This document shows positions 37,301 through 50,821 of a stretch of 64,000 nucleotides of DNA, piece by piece (the stretch's first letter is position 1; each line of letters starts with the position of its first letter). Under the pieces are notes generated by a model that did no database searches, was not told the origin of the DNA, and saw only the letters and a program-made list of their open reading frames with translations. This DNA comes from Laetmonice hystrix (taxonomy: Eukaryota), in the NCBI GenBank assembly GCA_965235115.1, contig OZ249451.1, positions 14,756,001 through 14,820,000 on the forward strand. The letters run 5' to 3'. The position numbers and the translations under genes are program-made.

Positions 37301-39459
37301 AACTGTTCAACGAATGATGAGATCAAATGATTTCTAGATTGCATGCCCAGCTCAACTATAAAGCTCCTTCAAGACTATTCCTCTTGGGTTACTCGTGGGG
37401 TGGTCCCCAGTTATATACCTTACATTGTTAGATATCACCATGATTAAAAAGACAAAGCCTATCGATAACAACATGTCAGTGTGGCGGCCAAGCCACATCC
37501 ATACACGCGGACAATGCCTTTAAACTCGTGGATCTTAATACAAGCACCGTTTGAATTGCCACCGAGACATGTAGTGGATTTCAACCATGGTGGTCCGTCG
37601 GCGGTGCTTTTGATCTTCCGGCTTCAGAGGTGAAGTCAGGATCACGTTACTATAGAGTGGGGTCGCACTGTAAACACCGCAGGCCGATTTACATGTAGGT
37701 TGGTATTGGCGTGGTGGGAAGGGGCAATTGTCACCCTGGCCAGAGCCACCGAGCTCCCGTCGGTAGCTAAGTATCGGGTTGGATTCAGAGACAAAACGGT
37801 CAGACTTCGGCCCCCAGCTTTCTTCACACCATATGTTGCTAAGGACACTTAATCTTTACATCAGAGATACTTAATATCGATACCGGACTCGTATGTCGTT
37901 AGGAATCGGTCACACGTGACCGATCTATCATGGGATATAGAATCGACAGGTGATAATGGTCTGCTATATACCAAACAGTACTCATTTGGCTTTTTAAATG
38001 TACGTATCCCACAGATATGCCAAATGAAGACACCATGTACACAGAAAAAATTCAGGGTTAGCATGTTAGACATGTACGTTTCTCAAAGTTCGCCTTTTTA
38101 TATTTTCTAATAAAGTTTTGAAATATTCGTCAAATTGACTAACATTCGCAAAAAGGTTGGTCATCATACGATACAGAGCGCCACCAAACAGGACTTTGAA
38201 GCATAATTTCACAAGAACGCCGCCATGATGGATAATGCAGCGCTTCCAAGGTAAATGAATTTTCCTGAAATAGCATTTTATTTTGTCCCCCTGTTTGTGG
38301 TTTTTGTGTCATGTGTAAAAGATATGTTCTGGATCATAGATTCTACCTCTTTCTTGTGGTTTGAAATCAGGTGCCCTTGAAATAGATCAAAAAGTCTCAC
38401 TCCCATTTAAAAATGGTGGCGCCAAATTAGCGGTTATACACGTAACCAGTCGGATAGTGACGAGAGTGGAATGCCACCGAGCCAGAGGAAAGGAGGGCGG
38501 GGCTTGGGTTTGAATGGGGGAGAGAAGCACACCCCCTTTGTTTTTTAAAATTTTTCCATGTCAGGTGTAGGCCTGTTTATCCAGTCTAATTTACTAGACC
38601 TCCAATTACTGGGTCAAATTCAACAGGAACAGCAGCCCACTAAGCCAGACTAAGGCCAAAGACCCTTCCTTGCTGTTAAGCACCGACGCCCCACTCTCAC
38701 ATGCTATAGGGGGTAGCATAGATTCACAGGAATCCCCCCTTCGCCTCAGCGATCTTGATTTTGAATGTTGACCCCTTAACAAGAGTGACCTAAAATTTAA
38801 ATATTTCCTTCCAGTTTGTTTGGTCATCTTTTAAAAGTAATTTAATTGTAATGTTATACAGACTCGACTGTTGAGCTCATTCATTTTTCATTTTTTCAGG
38901 GAAGAGAAACAGAAGAGCACCCATTTCTGATGGACACCGAAAGCTTTAACACAGAGACGGAAAACGGAGAAAACAACCTGAATAAATTTAAGTAGGGGAT
39001 CATGATTGTATACATTCAATTACTTTTTAAATATTACATAATAGCCATGTTAACTGTCCATGGTATTTGAGAACTACTTTACAAAGAGAAAATAAGAACT
39101 ATGCAAGGTAGACACGTCAAGTTTTGATGGATTTGTCTGATAAAAGTATGAATAAAGGTTATTTTCATATAAATGGTATTGAACTCTTATAATTTATACT
39201 TGTATCTTGATAGAAATATACGTTGATCCCACTACTTGTCGTTCATTAGCATGTAATTATTTAACAATAGTTCATTTTTCAGTTTAAATAACAAATATAT
39301 TGAACCTTGTCAAAGTCTCATATGTAATAATGAAATCAATTCTCCTTCTAGTTTGACACAATGTTAGTCAGTATGACCAAGATACTTCGTCATAGTCATA
39401 GTTAAAGTCACCCTTAGTCACAATAAGTAGGTCACTGGTGCTGGCGAACCTTGTTAGAC

Positions 39460-39559
39460 TGTTAGTCAAAATGGCTAAGAATTTTAAAAAAGGTTCGGAC
39501 ATTTCTCCATCGTCAAAAACGCGAACATTTTGCTGATTTTTTAGCGTTTTTGACTAACA
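39460..39559. mobile_element. Small palindromic (MITE-like) element
   Basis: 38-nt inverted arms at 39460-39497 and 39522-39559 (about 29/38 match). The terminal motif ttgactaaca recurs at 38135, 39360 (inverted) and 50598. Confidence 0.5.
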
Positions 39560-42500
39560 TTCTAACCCTGATTTTTTTCTGTGTATAACGAAGTTGAGGT
39601 ACTCAAGAAACACTTTTAGTGGCTTACGTACCGACATTGTATTTGCAAATAAAGTCTTGCCTTACCAAAACGTCTCTGTGGTAGAAGTAACTTTGTAGTC
39701 TCAGACAAATGTACATTTTTTGTACATAGAAGCATTGAGCAGCACATTGAATGATTTGAGCATTAGTTTCGACCTGGGATATTTCCTGACACTCTAGGAA
39801 ACAGTTTTATCCATGACAAGAACCAGTGACCACTGGTCACGCTCATGCAGTATAACGAGATAACGCGTGTATTACCCACGTACTTACCAGAGTAGCAGAC
39901 GACAATTTCCTTCCAGTTGTGCACCAGTTTCCCGCCTCGCCAGGCCCACTTTGTCACTATCGATAAACTAGTCGATATTTTTTCTGTTCTATATTCTTTT
40001 CGAAAGGATGAAAAACAAAACGTGCTCGCCCGATGACTGCGATGATAAGCAGAGAGCTCTGAGTTTCACGTAGAAGTGTTGTTTTATACCGACGGCGTCC
40101 GTGTAAGGTATGCCGAATGGCACCAATCGATTAGTTCATACTATCACGTATACGATGGTGACCATGCACCAGGCCGAGCCTTGCGTGTCTGCTTACACGT
40201 TTACACGTAGTCTGGTGGCGTTTAGAAGTCAAGATTTAAGGCACACTCAACTCTGAAATTCTCGCCCAGGTCTCTATTTAGCGGGATGTTGAGTACTCGG
40301 AACACGTTTTGAGGACTTTTTGTTGTCGAGGTCTGAGGGAAGGCATGGAATACATAAATGTACCTCGCCATGAATTCAGGTATGGCCTGACAGAATGGGG
40401 CACGAACTTGTAATATGGTCCTCTCGAGAACCTGAGAAGAAAGACAGAATTGTTTGGTGCAGTATAAGACCAAAGACCTTACAATGATTATTTGTACTTT
40501 TTGGCCAATACCAATATGGATTTAACTATAAAGATTATAACAAATGTCAGAGCTGCTTTAGTAGAGAGTGCACTCTATATTTACAAAAAAAATCGTCGCA
40601 TTTGGAATCAACAACACTTAGTAGAGGTGGCTACATGTTACACTACAAAACAACACATTGACCATTTCCTATCTAAGTTATATTATTCAGTGAGTGACTG
40701 CTCAGGGTTTTTAGATTTGACGACTTTCTGGTGCGGGCAATGGCACTTTAGCTATAGGAGCAATTTGAAGCAAATAAATGTCGTATTTGCTTCAAATTAT
40801 CCCAAGCTAAAACAAACAAGAGCTTCCATCGTAATCTTGCTGCATGGGTCACCTTCTACAAAGTTTCCGTTCCGTTTACCATCATCTACACACAATTTTT
40901 ACGAGATGGATAAATTCCATCTATAAGAGTTCACTTCCGGTCGAGTTAGCAGAAACATGTCACTTAAAGAACTGTTGGGTTATAGTGTTTGTGTACTTAT
41001 AAATTGTTATATATAGAGAGAGAGAGTCATACATGCGTATTGTCGAGGTCCCTGCCATACCACAGACATCCCGTTTTGCGGGATTCATATAATAGATATC
41101 AGTTCCTCTTGATAAAACTCGACGTAACATATGACGGTCACTCAGGCGCCACCTATTGGCGTATATGTACGTCATTATGACAGAGGAGCATTTGTAAAAT
41201 ATTTACTAGTGCAACTGTGTCTCCATCAGGGAGTCTCTAATACCAGGCATCTTATCCCAGGCGACAGCAATCAATGGGCAAATCTAGGCTGAGCGGACCA
41301 ATAATGGCATGACAAGTAGACAAATAAATATCTCATGAAGGAACGTCATTTCCGAACGCTAGCCGCAGCGAATTCCCGAGGCATCGTGAATCGCTACTTT
41401 TTGGCCAATCAAGTGTGACACAATCATTTGCTGCTGACCACGTCTGATCCTGAGCTATGGGCGTTCGCTTGTCTCTCACGCGGCCCTAATCCGCTACTAG
41501 ATCATAATTAATGGAGGATAATCGGTGGCTCATCCAATTTGTCAGCTCTGGGAGTCCTAATGACGTGTAATGGATAGACGGTGAAGGCACTTGTTATCAC
41601 CGTCTAGCCCCTCTCAGGTCCGACTGAAGCGCCATCGAGCGCTAATAATGTTATCGGCACCTTCCAAAGGGACAGTGCTTTTCGATTGGTCGGTCGTTGC
41701 GGAAATAGACGGGGGACGAGTCGTGATTAAATGGAGAAAAGGCCACGTCAGAGTTAGCCAACAGTTATATATATAGGATGCAGTGGTTGTGCAGAGAGTG
41801 ACCAAAAAGTCGCCGATTTCATCAGCGTTTTAACTACTTCTTCCTTTTTCCGACTTTCTATTGGTAAAAGACTTTTATGCACGGTAGGATGAGAGTGGGA
41901 GTGGGGTGGTGGTTCAGGGTTACCAATGATGGCCAGAATATATGGTTTTAGTCCAATGGTGCCATTCGCAATAGGTCATGGCCTCCTTCACAATGTTGGA
42001 CGGTGTGTCCAACTTATTGATTTGCTTACTATGTCACTGGTCAGTGACATATTGAGCAAATCCTGTCGCTTATCCTCCTACTAATACTATAACCAGTCAC
42101 CTTATCAGAGATGGAGACTTTGGATATATTTTCAAGGTTGTACATGTTAGATATCACAGAAAATGGAAAAAGTCCATTTGAGACTTTCCTGCAAGTCTTG
42201 TTTCTCTTTAAGCAGTATCCCAACCCTTGATTCAGACTAGTCGCTGCCTGTATGGCCGTCTGTGTGACCACCTGCCACTTGAGTGTAACTTCTGCACGAC
42301 GACCAATTATCTCCAGCGCAGGAAACATGCTAATTGGTGCAAAATGGCGGGAAAGTAAGGCGCGCATGCCGTAACGTTATCAACGCGACGCAGACGTCGC
42401 CCTGCAGAAAAGGCGGGTTCTATGTCCGAGCGTGAGCTGTCGTCTGCTACGGTTGTTCAAAGATAGCACGCATTAGCGCGCGGGCAATCGGCGGCTGCAT

Positions 42501-43702
42501 ACGGCCTATTGACAAACCTGCTTTTGATTTGTGTTGCGACCATTTATCAAGCGACTGTTGGTGTCACAGAACGAAGCCGTCCTATTTGCCGTTTCCGAAC
42601 AGACGATTTCAAAGCGGATGTTTGGAAACGAGCTGGCAACGCTAATATTCGCCGAGCTGCGTGGGCCACGGACACTCACATTACTCTCGCTGAGGAGTAA
42701 AAGAAACGTCTGAAATGGGCAGGGCAGACCCGATGATAAGGCATGCATTGGGCAAGTAAGTGTCAGCGTGTAATGGAAAAATGGGATAAACCTGTTAGAG
42801 GAAGCTGGAACTCGTTGATGAATCTGCCCGGCCTCAAGAGTAACCAACTCTCTTGCATCCTATCTCACGTGCTCTCAGTCGACAACTGAGCTACAATCAG
42901 AGGGGCGTGTCTCGCTGTATAAGATATATCGATTCAATTTTAGAATTGACATCATATCTTTTGTAAAGAGGCATAAGTGATGAGAGGGGTCAAATGTCGT
43001 CCTTTTAGGAGCTGACGTATGGGACAAGACATGAATGGTTTGATATCATCGATGTGGTCCACAGAGGGTTTACTTTGTGATATATGTGTATGAATGTACA
43101 TGGATGTATATGCATACGTACACTGTCCTAGGAGCGCAAAAAGGATTTGGGGAAAGGAGGGGGTTCAAGAGGGTCTACTGAGAACGCTCTATGAAGAATA
43201 AGAGGGATATTTTGTGATTTAAACCTCCCCCCCCAACCCAACCCCTTGCATCCACCACTATTAACAGGTCGGACACCAACTTGCAGAACTCCCTTTCCAG
43301 CACACCCCTACACACACACTTTTTTCAAAATAAAAGTTAGATGTGGTCACAAGTTCGGCAGTCCTCACTGGCTGACAGAACATAAAAGTGAGATGGATTT
43401 GACTCAAGCCCTTGGCGATCTAACGTCGGGGCCGAGTCGGGAACGCTTTATTGATGGGAACGAAACATGCTGATCCCGTCCGTAAGCGCCTTTTGTAATT
43501 ATCCGCCGATCCGATAATCACATTTCAATGACGTCAATTATAATAATATCAATCCGGCATTAGGAGACGGACGCAGGTCATGGATGGTGAGTCTGATCCG
43601 CCAGGGGGAGGAAGGTGGAGACGTGATCTCCATGACAACCAAGGGATGTGTCGGTCAGTCTCGGACTGGTCGACGACCGGGAAGGTGGTAACGTTCCTGT
43701 AT

Positions 43703-43880
43703 GAAAGGACTGGGCCCAGTTTTTTCAAAAATTCTCAACTTGAGTAAAGCTTACTTAAGTAAACTAACAGGTTTCTGATTGGCTGGCCTAAACAGACCAA
43801 CCAATCAGAAGCCTGTTAGTTTAGATTTTTGATTTTTAGATAGTTGAGAATTTTTGAAAAAAATGGGCCCAGTCCCTTTC
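43703..43880. mobile_element. MITE/fold-back element with nested inverted repeats
   Basis: Outer arms gaaaggactgggcccagttttttcaaaaattctcaact (43703-43740) and 43842-43880 are near-perfect. Inner arms 43761-43782 and 43801-43822 match 21/22. Confidence 0.8.
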
Positions 43881-46800
43881 CCGCTATCTCAGTAACCATC
43901 GTTTCTACTTTGTTTCTCTGCAGTGTCGTCTAAAGCAAATTACACTTTTTTGGACAACTTCAACCCTAGATGTTTAGGATGTTGAGCAGGAAGGCACGGT
44001 CGGTAGGGTCATGAGGAACGTCTGCGTTCGACAGGCGCGAACCGGAAGGACGTGTGGTATCACCATGCAGGATGTCGAAATATTCCGTAAACTTTGAGTC
44101 TCGCTAGACTTTTCCGTTCTAAAAAAGTTAGTTTCCATGCTACGCAACACTAAGTCAACATGAGTTATCTTGGGATTCGGGGGGGGGGGGGGGGTACGAT
44201 AGAACAGCCGGTGACCGCCAGTTTTGTTCAAATTAATGTTTTGTTCTGATTTCCTCAGATTCTGAGATTTTGTCTTTATCAGGTCACGCTTAAAGTCAAA
44301 TTTATCTGGGAAAAAAAGGAGTCAATACTTCACAAGTACTTCAGAGAATCAGAATAACACGCAGGTTAAACCACTCGACTGCAGATATTTTAATTGTAGG
44401 GGGGTTGGTGATGACGCTATGACCTGGACTTCAATTTGAAGAGCGTCATTACTGAGTAATATACAAGTATATTAGACGAATGACGGGTGAAGAGCGCCGG
44501 TTGGAGTAGAACGTTTGCATGGGGCTTGTAACCATATATTTTACTACTCACATCTGTCAGTTTCGAGCCTGCCCATCGACCAGGAAAGACTACACCCACC
44601 ATTCCACTCACCTGAAATGGATTCACAGGGCAATCTACCACCCGGCTGGCTTCTATCTGGACCCTGGCTTACTTTAAGTAGTGCTGTCAATCGGGTGTGC
44701 CCCCAGCTGCCAGTGGAATAGACTTTACTACTCAACCTGATAATGTAAAGGTCTCTTGTCCGCGGTCTTAATATGCAATATTCAAGTGGGCATGGGTCGG
44801 CAATTGTCACGACGGGCGCGGTTTATAGGGGCGATTGATAGATTGAAATATACAATTGGGGGTTCAGCTGTAGATGAGCCTCTTCAGGAATGGTGAGGCC
44901 TGGTTGTCAAGTCTTGTGAAGGTCATTGAGTAGTGGTTAGGGTGACAGTGCCGGGTGACAGTCACCCCTTGCAATACTCTCAGGGATGGGCGTTACTGTT
45001 GGTCAAGACACAATCCCTGGACCTTCCTACTTATGGTCAATAATATATAGCTCACTTTATTGTTGTACATACCCGTCTTGGGTGAGTTTGGGGGTGTCCC
45101 ATTAACCCATCAATACCATTAATTAACCTTTAGAAAAAACTTAGCCTTGGTCTTGATATGGTTAAAGGGGAGGTTCCTATGCGATCCATTTCATTCCAGA
45201 AAAAAGGAGTTTTCTTTATTGCGTATATCAACGGAAAGTTTCCATATCAAGGGCAGTATCTTCCCAGTGACATACAGCAAGCAATATACTCATCAAGACA
45301 AGTTTGTATGTCTCATGCTTCATGCCATTCACGATCCAGAAAAAAACTAAAGAGTTAAGATGCTTAGGAAAGACAACCTATTGCATTAGATCAATTGCCT
45401 CAGGATGTCTACAGACAAGAGAGTTTAGTGTGCCAACCCGTCCTAAGTATAGAGTTGACTGCCAAGGAAACAACAATATACGAGTTAGAGACCGCCTGTT
45501 CTCATGCCACCTGGTCGTATATATGTCACTAATAGGACAGACGTCGTGAAGTGCCCCCTGCCCCCCCCCCCCAACTCAGTTTGCTGTTAATTGATTTGGG
45601 TCTGCAGTCTATTTGCTTTCACAAAGAGGTGCATGGTCCCGTCCCCCTACCTCCGGTGGGGTGGTCGTTGCCCGGGTCGATGTACGATCGTAGCCCGGGG
45701 TAAGACGCGCGCTCCCCGGCCGGGGTATACGTTAACGAGACAGGTATATACGTCAAACCTATGTAAGTGGGTCCGGGTTGGTCCGTGGCGCCCTCACTAA
45801 GTTAACAGGCGATGGGAAACTCAACGGAGAACTTAAAGTTACAAGTATTTAAGGATGGAGGTGCATCGGGATATAGATTTATCTGATAATTCATTCATGT
45901 AAGATTAAGTGAACTTATTCGATGTTCTGTGTCTATACTCCTCAGACAACCTCTTGAGTCGTGTCACTAGAACACTTTCCACCACGACCTGCTGACTTAC
46001 ACATTACAATAGGAATCTGGCTGTATTGCTCACAATTTTCAAGGGTTGTTTGGTCGGATTGAACTTTTGTATAACGTTTCCGGTAGTATAATGTAGGCAG
46101 TGTTACTGGAACATATATTCATTTATTTTATATGCTAGACTTCTCAAAACTTGGTGTTGATTGGGGCAATCAGAGGAATCATGGGAGAGCAAGCGGGAAT
46201 GATTAAACAGCACATTGAATATATATTCTTTCCGACCTCACGCAATATAAAATGTACCATTCTGTTCTTCACCCAACAAATATGGCCACGTTATTTTGAA
46301 GTTTTACTTCGGTATAAATCCGTAATGGTACATTCCTCGTCTTCCTATATCTGGAGATACATGAAATGCTATAAGTTCAGTTTATTGACTTCTACTAATA
46401 CGCCATAGTAAGACTACTCGTAGTACTACGACTACCTAAAGATCTAGTTTTATAAACAGAACAAGAATCAAGGAGAGTGAAGAAAACGAAAATGAAAAAG
46501 TTACTTTGATCAATGAACAATATGTACGCTGAAACAACCACAGCCGTGGGATGGGGGTGGGGGTGAGGGGGGGGGGGGGCTTTTGTTGTGACTTTTTCAG
46601 AAATCAAGATTTCAAGTATTCAACATACGTTTATGTATAGCCAGAAACAATGGGAGTTAGGAGAATTGTATGACGGACGATTTGTGTGATCGTCTGTGGC
46701 TAGCCGACGTTTGAAGTCTCCCTAAATGGCGCCATCACATTATACCGCCCAGCACCGAAATATATGCCGGTAAAAGAAATATATACATACTTCTCGTAAT

Positions 46801-47409
46801 TGGCTCCCGACTTCAAAGTAGTTGCTAATCTGCAACAGGCGAGTCTGCCAGTTCACACTCTCAATATTTCATCGTCACAACGATTAGATCTTTTCAATTA
46901 AAGACCGCCACCCACCTCGACTAGCCTCAACCCCCCTAGCCCCCTTCCCCCCAAGCGCACCCCCCGACCGAAATCAACATCAAATCAATTTCTTTGATGC
47001 TCCATTTTGTTGCAATTGCTGAGTCTGATGTCCCTATCGTGGCGGGTACCGCCCCACTGGGTGCGGTGGGTGCGAGTCAATGGGACGACCGGCGGGTTGT
47101 GGCGCCCGTCGTGTTTGACAGACGACCGGTCATCAAGACGACTTCCACTGGTCACCTTGTCTCGGCGACGTACGGCTGTCTCAGCCGGGGTTAGCAATGT
47201 GACGAAGTGGACCCAGAGGAGGAATCAGTTAGCGGGGTCGGGCGGCTTGTTACCAGAACGGGGACAGGGGGTGGGGCACTAGGGACAGGTAGACGGCCTC
47301 AAGTCGCCATCAGACGGAGGGGGACCTCGTGCGGCCATTATATCGTAAATTGATTTCAATTAATTTGGAACAGAGAATCTACCAAATTAATTTTGATTTC
47401 ATATACTTT

Positions 47410-47600
47410 GGATTTAATTTTGGATGGGGTTTTACCCCTGCGGAATAGCCAGGGCCATATCGGGGAGGTCATTCTTATTGGGGTGGGGCACCGGAGTATC
47501 CGGCGAAAACTACCGACCTAACAACAGGTATAACTGACTAACCTTCTCACATGCAGGCCGAAGTGGATTCGAACCCAGAGGTGAGCGTCCCAGTGGTGAC
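47410..47600 (-). mobile_element. tRNA-derived SINE (5'-truncated)
   Basis: Perfect Pol III B-box GGTTCGAATCC (minus 47575-47565), followed by a catgtgagaagg...ggtcggtagttttcgccggatactccggt body typical of invertebrate tRNA-head SINEs and an A-rich tail. No A-box seen. Confidence 0.75.
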
Positions 47601-47996
47601 AACAACAAAAAACAAAACAAAAATAAAGCAACTGTTGCAACCAGCACTACAGATTAAATCTAACTTTTTCTTACGAAATGTGTGTGCCATGAATAGTACT
47701 TGAAATGCGAGTAGGAAATGAAATTCTCAGGATATCTCATAAAACGGTGTGAATTTTAGCGTTGCTTGTCTTGGAGGGGGGAAATTGAAAGGAAATAACA
47801 AAAACAAGACCTCTTACAAATCGTGTCCTCAGCCTTTCCACCAAAACACTCCTGGACACGTTGGGGGGGGGGGGGGGCGGCTGCACCTGGCCAGGTTTAA
47901 AAGTTAATTTTTCCTCCGGTCTTCCGATTGGCTGGACCATCATTATATCAGCCAATGAGACCTTTTAAGTCAAACTTAATTCAGGAACCTAACATT

Positions 47997-48115
47997 TTCA
48001 GGACCGTGTCCTGGCCAGCTGCTGCATGTTTCAGGACCGTGTCCTGGCCAGCTGCTGTTTCAGGACCGTGTCCTGGCCAGCTGCTGTTTCAGGACCGTGT
48101 CCTAGCCAGCTGCTG
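47997..48115. repeat. 29-bp tandem repeat, 4 copies
   Basis: ttcaggaccgtgtcctggccagctgctgt. Confidence 0.95.
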
Positions 48116-48334
48116 ATAAGCAAACATTAATATGAGACTAATAATAATGGCGATAATACTGAAAATATAAAGACTAATAACAAAATTAATATATGCTGTC
48201 CTTTATTATGAACATTGCTTAGAGAATGATATCATATCACATATCAGGGCTTGTAAAAACCCAGACTTCACAGATTGTATATTCACCAGTCTTACTAATT
48301 GCATGTAACTGCATGTAAACGTCTGAATATACCA

Positions 48335-49440
48335 CAGCTGGATGTCATCCCACACTGAGTGCGGTCCAGCTGTGGCTTAGACTGTCGGTCCAGCGCTGGT
48401 CCAGCGCTGGATGTCAACCCACACTGAGTGCGGTCCAGCTGTAGGACTGTCGGTCCAGAGCTGGATGTCAACCCACACTGAGTGCGGTCCAGCTGTGGGA
48501 CTCTCGGTCCAGCGCTGGATGTCAACCCACACTGAGTGCGGTCCAGCTGTGGGACTGTCGGTCCAGCGCTAGATGTCAACCCACACTGAGTGCGGTCCAG
48601 CTGTGGGACTGTCGGTCCAGCGCTGGATGTCAACCCCCACTGAGTGTGGTCCAGCTGTGGGACTGTCGGTCCAGAGCTGGATGTCAACCCACACTGAGTG
48701 TGGTCCAGCTGTGGGACTGTCGGTCCAGAGCTGGATGTCAACCCACACTGAGTGCGGTCCAGCTGTGGGTCTGTCGGTCCAGCGCTGGATGTCAACCCAT
48801 ACTGAGTGCGGTCCAGCTGTGGGACTGTCGGTCCAGCTCTGGATGTCAACCCCCACTGAGTGCGGTCCAGCTGTGGGACTGTCGGTCCAGCTCTGGATGT
48901 CAACCCCCACTGAGTGCGGTCCAGCTGTGGGACTGTCGGTCCAGCTCTGGATGTCAACCCACACTGAGTGCGGTCCAGCTGTGGGTCTGTCGGTCCAGCG
49001 CTGGATGTCAACCCATACTGAGTGCGGTCCAGCTGTGGGACTGTCGGTCCAGCTCTGGATGTCAACCCACACTGAGTGCGGTCCAGCTGTGGGACTGTCG
49101 GTCCAGAGCTGGATGTCAACCCACACTGAGTGCGGTCCAGCTGTGGGACTGTCGGTCCAGCTCTGGATGTCAACCCACACTGAGTGCGGTCCAGCTGTGG
49201 GACTGTCGGTCCAGCGCTGGTCCAGCGCTGGATGTCAACCCACACTGAGTGCGGTCCAGCTGTGGGACTGTCGGTCCAGCGCTGGATGTCAACCCATACT
49301 GAGTGCGGTCCAGCTGTGGGACTGTCGGTCCAGCTCTGGATGTCAACCCCCACTGAGTGCGGTCCAGCTGTGGGACTGTCGGTCCAGAGCTTGATGTCAA
49401 CCCACATTGAGTGCGGTCCAGCTGTGGGACTGTCGGTCCA
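48335..49440. repeat. Minisatellite, 54-bp unit, ~20 copies
   Basis: Unit ctggatgtcaacccacactgagtgcggtccagctgtgggactgtcggtccagcg; produces 18-aa periodic ORFs on both strands. Confidence 0.97.
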
Positions 49441-49759
49441 ACGATTGCCAGAGTCTGGCTGAGATGCGGCGTTGTTGGCTGAGAGCTGACAACAGTCGGT
49501 CCAGCTCTGGTCCAGTGGTGGTCTGGTAATGTCCACACACTGATCTATGGCATGAATGACGCTGTTCACCGCGAGTAGTAAACTCGGTAACTCAATATGT
49601 AAAATGATTCCTACCTTCATAAGCACCGCCAGCATGTATAAGTATTAAATAGGATTGATGATTGAATGGATATATAGTATAATCCTTATTATGGAAACGG
49701 GCAGATTAATTAGAACGGGATAAAGGCCCGCGCTAATATTGGGGGACTAGTACAACCAT

Positions 49760-50155
49760 CTCCACACGGCGCTCCCTGCTCCAGATGGCGCTCTCTGCTC
49801 CACCGCTCCGTCCTTCTCGCGGCGCTCCCTGCTCCACATGGCGCTCCCTGCTTCTCGCGTCGCTCCCTGCCTCACGCGGGGCTCCCTGCTCCACACGGCG
49901 CTCCCTGCTCCACACGGCGCTCCCTGCTCCACACGGCGCTCCCTGCTTCACACGGCGCTCCCTGCTTCACACGGCGCTCCCTGCTTCACACGGCGCTCTC
50001 TGCTTCACACGCTCTTCCTGCTCCCTGCTCCCCACGGCGCTCCTTCCTTCTCGCGGCGCTCCCTGCTTCACATGACACTCCCTCCTTCTCGCGGCGCTCC
50101 CTGCTTCACGCTGTGCTCCCTGCTCCACAAGGCGCTCCCTGCTCCACACGGCGCA
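49760..50155. repeat. Degenerate 19-bp minisatellite
   Basis: Unit acacggcgctccctgct(c/t)c; period 19 (49931, 49950, 49969). Confidence 0.9.
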
Positions 50156-50815
50156 ATCTCCAGACAAGTTTCCAAAGCCTTACTGGAAACTGGGCAGACT
50201 TTTAGCAGACAACTTTAGCAGATGTGGTTTGCGATTATGTCACTTCGTAGATGAAATCATTTTAACCTCTAATTAAAATTCACATATTGTATTGGAACTA
50301 AATAACCGGGCAACATTATCCAATCTCACGGTAACTCACGGTAGACAAAATTATGATGTGCTCTGTTCTCCGAGAATCGATTACAAGATTAACCGTGACG
50401 ACAAAATCATTGTCACCTCGGTTAGACATTGTCATGAGAATGGAGAAGGGGCTGGTAGTGTGAGGGCTGACATTGTCTACAGTATCGCCACCTGTAGGAC
50501 AACTACAACAACAGTAGTAGCTTGTAGTTGCACAATATCCGTGGCCATAATAATTATGTTACACTAAATTATGTAACATACCTAGCTGATGATAATATTG
50601 ACTAACAATTCAGTATTGTTCTGATAATATTCGTCCGCATACATGTGTACTTTGGGATATTTGGTGATGGATGACTGTCCTGCCGCTAGGAGTCGGCGAA
50701 TTATCATTTGATTATTATACAGTCAAAGATGATCGAGAGTATTTTGTCGGCTCCACTACTCGAGTCTACCTTCCCCGGCTTAGTTCAGAACAGCCCAGAA
50801 CTGGTTCTGCAGAGT

Positions 50816-50821
50816 TTTATT
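50816..50821 (-). terminator. Candidate Duox polyadenylation signal AATAAA
   Basis: AATAAA on the minus strand ~215 nt after the Duox stop codon. Confidence 0.5.

Noticed and set aside
45158-45540. TIR-domain-like peptide bits (GQYLPSDIQQAIYSSRQ; YELETA)
   Set aside because: Motif order and spacing do not fit a TIR fold, the frame has stops, and no splice structure was found.
48295-49635. 446-aa repetitive ORF and companion ORFs
   Set aside because: They arise from a stop-poor 54-bp minisatellite open on both strands, with the frame switching at an 11-bp duplication; no gene structure.
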